From Ascidiella aspersa (taxonomy: Eukaryota), in assembly GCA_963924565.1 (NCBI GenBank), contig OZ004615.1, positions 15,438,001 to 15,502,000 of the forward strand: a stretch of 64,000 bases of DNA, read 5' to 3'. A model generated the notes under the pieces. The model was not told where the DNA came from and ran no database searches. It saw only the letters and a program-made list of their open reading frames with translations. Position numbers and translations under genes: made by a program. The first letter of the stretch is position 1. Every line of letters begins with the position of its first letter. Shown here in pieces: positions 62,901-64,000 of this stretch.

Positions 62901-63385
62901 ACCCTGCATCCTTTAGTCCTACGTTCACTAAAACATGGTGGATATGCAGTAATTCACTCAAGTGACTTATCTACCAACAATATACGTGGTTGGAAAATAT
63001 TCCACCTTATGCTATTCCACCTTTACAGTTTCGAGTCCCGAGTACGATTTCGATTTCCTAATCATGGTTTGAGCATGACGATTCCTTTTACTCAAAAAGA
63101 ATTAAATTACTGTTCTTAGGTGACCTAAATAAACCTAAGTGACAAAGTCATTGGCCTAAAACATTGCAACACTGTACAGTGCCCTTAAAATACTCACGTA
63201 AATTCCGTCGCAGCAACTCTCCGTGTTATAATAGCTGAAGTTGAGTTGAATCTGGTAACCAGTTGGTGCAATAAAGATAACCCAACAAATCGAGTACGGT
63301 TTGTAATTCGAGGGGTAGTTTTGAGATGTAAAAGTGACGTCACGGCCAGGTGTGATGTGCACTGTTTTCTCGTCGCCTCCGCAAA
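23931..63385 (-). CDS. Giant mosaic extracellular protein, 5' end outside the window: CUB x11, LU (Ly6/uPAR three-finger) x5, unnamed Cys-rich module, C-terminal VWA (cubilin-like by CUB content, but not cubilin)
   Basis: 63 GT-AG exons join in frame (7823 nt, about 2,600 aa): 63385-63198, 61923-61737, 60354-60292, 59719-59681, 59397-59210, 58654-58468, 57833-57765, 57196-57131, 56474-56334, 55993-55727, 55227-55040, 54648-54483, 53969-53928, 53711-53530, 53162-52982, 52653-52618, 52399-52358, 52099-51921, 50688-50529, 49671-49636, 49409-49371, 49172-48997, 48488-48329, 47464-47405, 47058-47020, 46835-46651, 45951-45804, 45432-45397, 45057-44876, 44718-44571, 44377-44348, 43823-43800, 43594-43565, 43370-43186, 42592-42448, 42181-42113, 41785-41595, 41031-40869, 40563-40364, 39314-39164, 38505-38341, 37947-37795, 37458-37408, 37231-37040, 36699-36529, 36346-36191, 35241-35071, 34572-34510, 33811-33686, 33095-32925, 32475-32410, 31346-31214, 30825-30714, 28886-28645, 28373-28201, 27833-27798, 27699-27658, 27436-27268, 27069-26997, 26527-26382, 25330-25225, 24587-24479, 23959-23931. 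A few micro-exon boundaries (e.g. 59681, 41785) and the last exon are less certain. Confidence 0.85.
24479..27436 (-). CDS. Giant gene: von Willebrand factor A domain with intact MIDAS
   Basis: CFTYNMDLLFLLDGSGSI (DxSxS), VGVIQYS, GFTTYTARAI (T), KVIIVITDGRS (D), GVTFIAIGV, ELQTIAG. Confidence 0.9.
24700..24876. mobile_element. Decayed MITE-like element
   Basis: TIRs CAGTGGTTTTCAA / TTGAAAACCACTG, with no clear TSD. Confidence 0.55.
25461..25535 (-). pseudogene. tRNA-like element (tRNA pseudogene or tRNA-derived SINE head) in a VWA intron
   Basis: Acceptor stem GCCTGTG/TGCAGGC, A box TAGCTCAGTTGG with D stem GCTC/GAGC, B box GAGTTCGAACC, and TTTT just downstream. The anticodon arm is out of register (CGGTC-CAGGTAT-GACCG, no U33) and the T stem has a G:G mismatch. 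Confidence 0.7.
28201..31346 (-). CDS. Giant gene: unnamed Cys-rich, probably helical module (about 220 aa)
   Basis: Exons 31346-31214, 30825-30714, 28886-28645, 28373-28201 join in frame (phases 1-2-0-2-1). Sequence: GCSFREYYEKSWICSTLFFNDYPYSDVGECRTNMDYYQHCIREVVHRC...TFC...PICN...QFCGSYD...GVCDF...PKCL. Confidence 0.7.
28973..29390. mobile_element. hAT-type MITE
   Basis: TIRs CAGCGGTTTCCCAA / TTGGGAACCGCTG and a perfect TSD TTCTATAT. Confidence 0.88.
32925..38505 (-). CDS. Giant gene: four tandem LU/three-finger domains (LU2-LU5)
   Basis: Each domain is two phase-1 exons, C..C..CFE(V/A)S | W...C.P...C..MTC...LNF..CK(V/L)RCC....CN, with 10 Cys. Confidence 0.85.
35641..36011. mobile_element. 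hAT-type MITE
   Basis: TIRs CAGTGCTTTTCAACC / GGTTGGAAAGCAATG, a perfect TSD GTTTAGAT, and four subterminal CATCCGCAC motifs. Confidence 0.85.
38192..38231. repeat. Perfect 15-bp inverted repeat with a 10-nt loop
   Basis: CAACTGATAACACAG / CTGTGTTATCAGTTG. Confidence 0.8.
38652..38934. mobile_element. hAT-type MITE
   Basis: TIRs CAGTGGTTCC / GGAACCACTG, a perfect TSD GTTTAACA, and GCGACCCC subterminal motifs. Confidence 0.88.
39164..55227 (-). CDS. Giant gene: CUB domains 3-11 with mucin-like linker micro-exons
   Basis: Nine two-exon CUB units. Each matches C..SP(N/G)YPxxYxxxxxCxWxI...E(S/A/G/R/L)CCD | ...F(T/K/V/I)(S/T)D......GF. Confidence 0.9.
46058..46530. mobile_element. hAT-type MITE rich in GACTTG motifs; family also at about 11630-12080, 12478-12660 and 18940-19243
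   Basis: TIRs CAGTGTTGTAA / TTACAACACTG and a decayed TSD GTTCTACC / GTTTTAAC. The end sequence recurs inverted at 12478 (AGTGTTGTAAACAAGTCATTTTGAAA) and direct at about 19220-19243. Confidence 0.75.
47281..47344. repeat. Compound (TA)n microsatellite with TGTTAAAT spacers
   Basis: Read directly: TATGTTAAAT(TA)n, repeated. Confidence 0.85.
50930..51678. mobile_element. hAT-type MITE with TAGGGTTG termini, in the CUB5 intron
   Basis: TIRs TAGGGTTG / CAACCCTA, a perfect TSD TTTTAAAG, and TTGACC/GGTCAA subterminal repeats. Confidence 0.85.
55727..56474 (-). CDS. Giant gene: LU/three-finger domain 1
   Basis: LSCW...DCTGQSCLL / GMCVPSQACEQQNC...TCDMSCCQTNLCN has 10 Cys and the terminal CCxxxxCN signature. 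Confidence 0.8.
56789..56973 (+). mobile_element. Dispersed hammerhead-bearing repeat, copy 2 (degenerate core), flanked by a short inverted repeat
   Basis: The core is mutated (GTGATGA, GTAAG). The flanks AATCAGGTGGCAATATATAAAGAC and GTCTTATATGGCCACCTGATT are imperfect inverted copies. Confidence 0.55.
58468..63385 (-). CDS. Giant gene: CUB domains 1-2 (recent tandem duplicate pair)
   Basis: SQNYPSNY..C W.IF.APTGYQIQLNFS..NTESCCDGIY / LYDTN..RMRGDLQN...RFTSDSSVSR.GFTG occurs in both copies. Exon sizes are 188+187 nt in both. Confidence 0.9.
59909..60163. mobile_element. hAT-type MITE
   Basis: TIRs CAGGGGTTCCCA / TGGGAACCCCTG, TSD CATTAAAG / CATTAAAT. Confidence 0.85.
61991..62163. mobile_element. 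Short hAT-type MITE
   Basis: TIRs CAGGGGTTCTTAAACT / AGTTTATGAACCCCTG, TSD GGTTACAT / GGTTAGAT. Confidence 0.82.
62219..62714. mobile_element. hAT-type MITE
   Basis: TIRs CAGTGGTGGGATTCA / TGAATCCCATCAGTG and a perfect TSD GTTAGGGG. Confidence 0.82.
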
Positions 63386-63426
63386 CTGAACGAATTGGGA
63401 TTTATGAAAATTTCGATACACTAATT

Positions 63427-63797
63427 CAGTGGTCTCCAACCTATGGGCCGCGACCCAATGTAAGGTCGCCTAAACCTATTTTTGGATCTTCATCACTCAC
63501 TAATTTCTTCAGTTTTAGTGATCCCTTTGCGCTTGTGGTTCAAACGAGCGTGATAAGTATAATGGAAATGTTCAAAAAAATTAAAAAGTCGTGTTTCGTG
63601 TGTTAATTTAAAACTTTTTATTCCGGTTCACATGTGTAGCCAAAACTATATATGTTGAGCGTAACATTTAATCATAGGTTTAAAAATAATACAGTTTAAA
63701 AATTACTTATCGGAAAACAAACTATGGTTCCATGTAAATGATGATTTCATTTTATATGACATATGGGGTCAGTTAGTAAAGAGGTAGGAGACCTCTG
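63427..63797. mobile_element. hAT-type MITE
   Basis: TIRs CAGTGGTCTCCAACC / GGTAGGAGACCTCTG, TSD CACTAATT / CACTAAGT. The empty site is visible in the paralogous intron at about 59440 (CACAAAGTGGACAATAAAACATT). Confidence 0.85.
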
Positions 63798-64000
63798 CAC
63801 TAAGTGGACATTAAAACATTATCTCAAACAATTAGGTGTTATTATTGGTCATGCAAAATGGTCAAAATAAGGCAATTTAATTTTAAGGAATTTCGAGTTA
63901 CAGACTTCGTACAAAGTCAATTACCAAAACATTTCTAAATTAATTAAGAAGTATATCATACTGTTTATGCTTGAGCACAAACGTTTGGATGTGTTAAACA

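Noticed and set aside
39164-63385. Naming the giant gene cubilin (CUBN), tolloid or DMBT1
   Set aside because: No EGF, astacin, SRCR or ZP domain is seen in it. The LU and VWA domains and the CC-type CUBs do not fit those families.
28262-63606. Many + strand short ORFs overlapping exons (e.g. 28615, 35088, 36163, 55047, 55795, 59144)
   Set aside because: They are antisense shadows of - strand coding exons.

Overview
AT-rich, intron-dense animal genomic DNA with GT-AG introns. It is most likely from a tunicate (ascidian); this is inferred from gene content and the VWA insertion style, not proven. Four spliced genes were reconstructed by hand. (1) + strand: an 8-coding-exon, 407-aa ZP-module membrane protein (signal peptide, ZP-N/ZP-C, RRKRR furin site, TM), 3122-9710. 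(2, 3) - strand: two tandem 3-exon collectin-like paralogues (signal peptide, Cys, 8 Gly-X-Y triplets, neck, atypical C-type lectin domain lacking EPN/QPD and WND), 15725-17295 and 20040-22000. (4) - strand: a 5'-truncated giant mosaic gene (at least 63 exons, about 2,600 aa in the window, 23931 to beyond 63385). Its domain order is CUB2-LU-CUB9-LU4-[unnamed Cys-rich helical module]-VWA, joined by about 21 symmetric Ser/Thr/Pro-rich micro-exons. Introns and intergenic DNA carry many hAT-type MITEs with 8-bp TSDs (one nested), a tRNA-derived element, and a dispersed repeat with a minimal Penelope-type hammerhead ribozyme (intact at 23238-23273). The most novel items are the CUB/LU/VWA giant protein with vicinal-Cys CUB domains and a modular micro-exon spacer system, the non-canonical collectins, and the hammerhead element.
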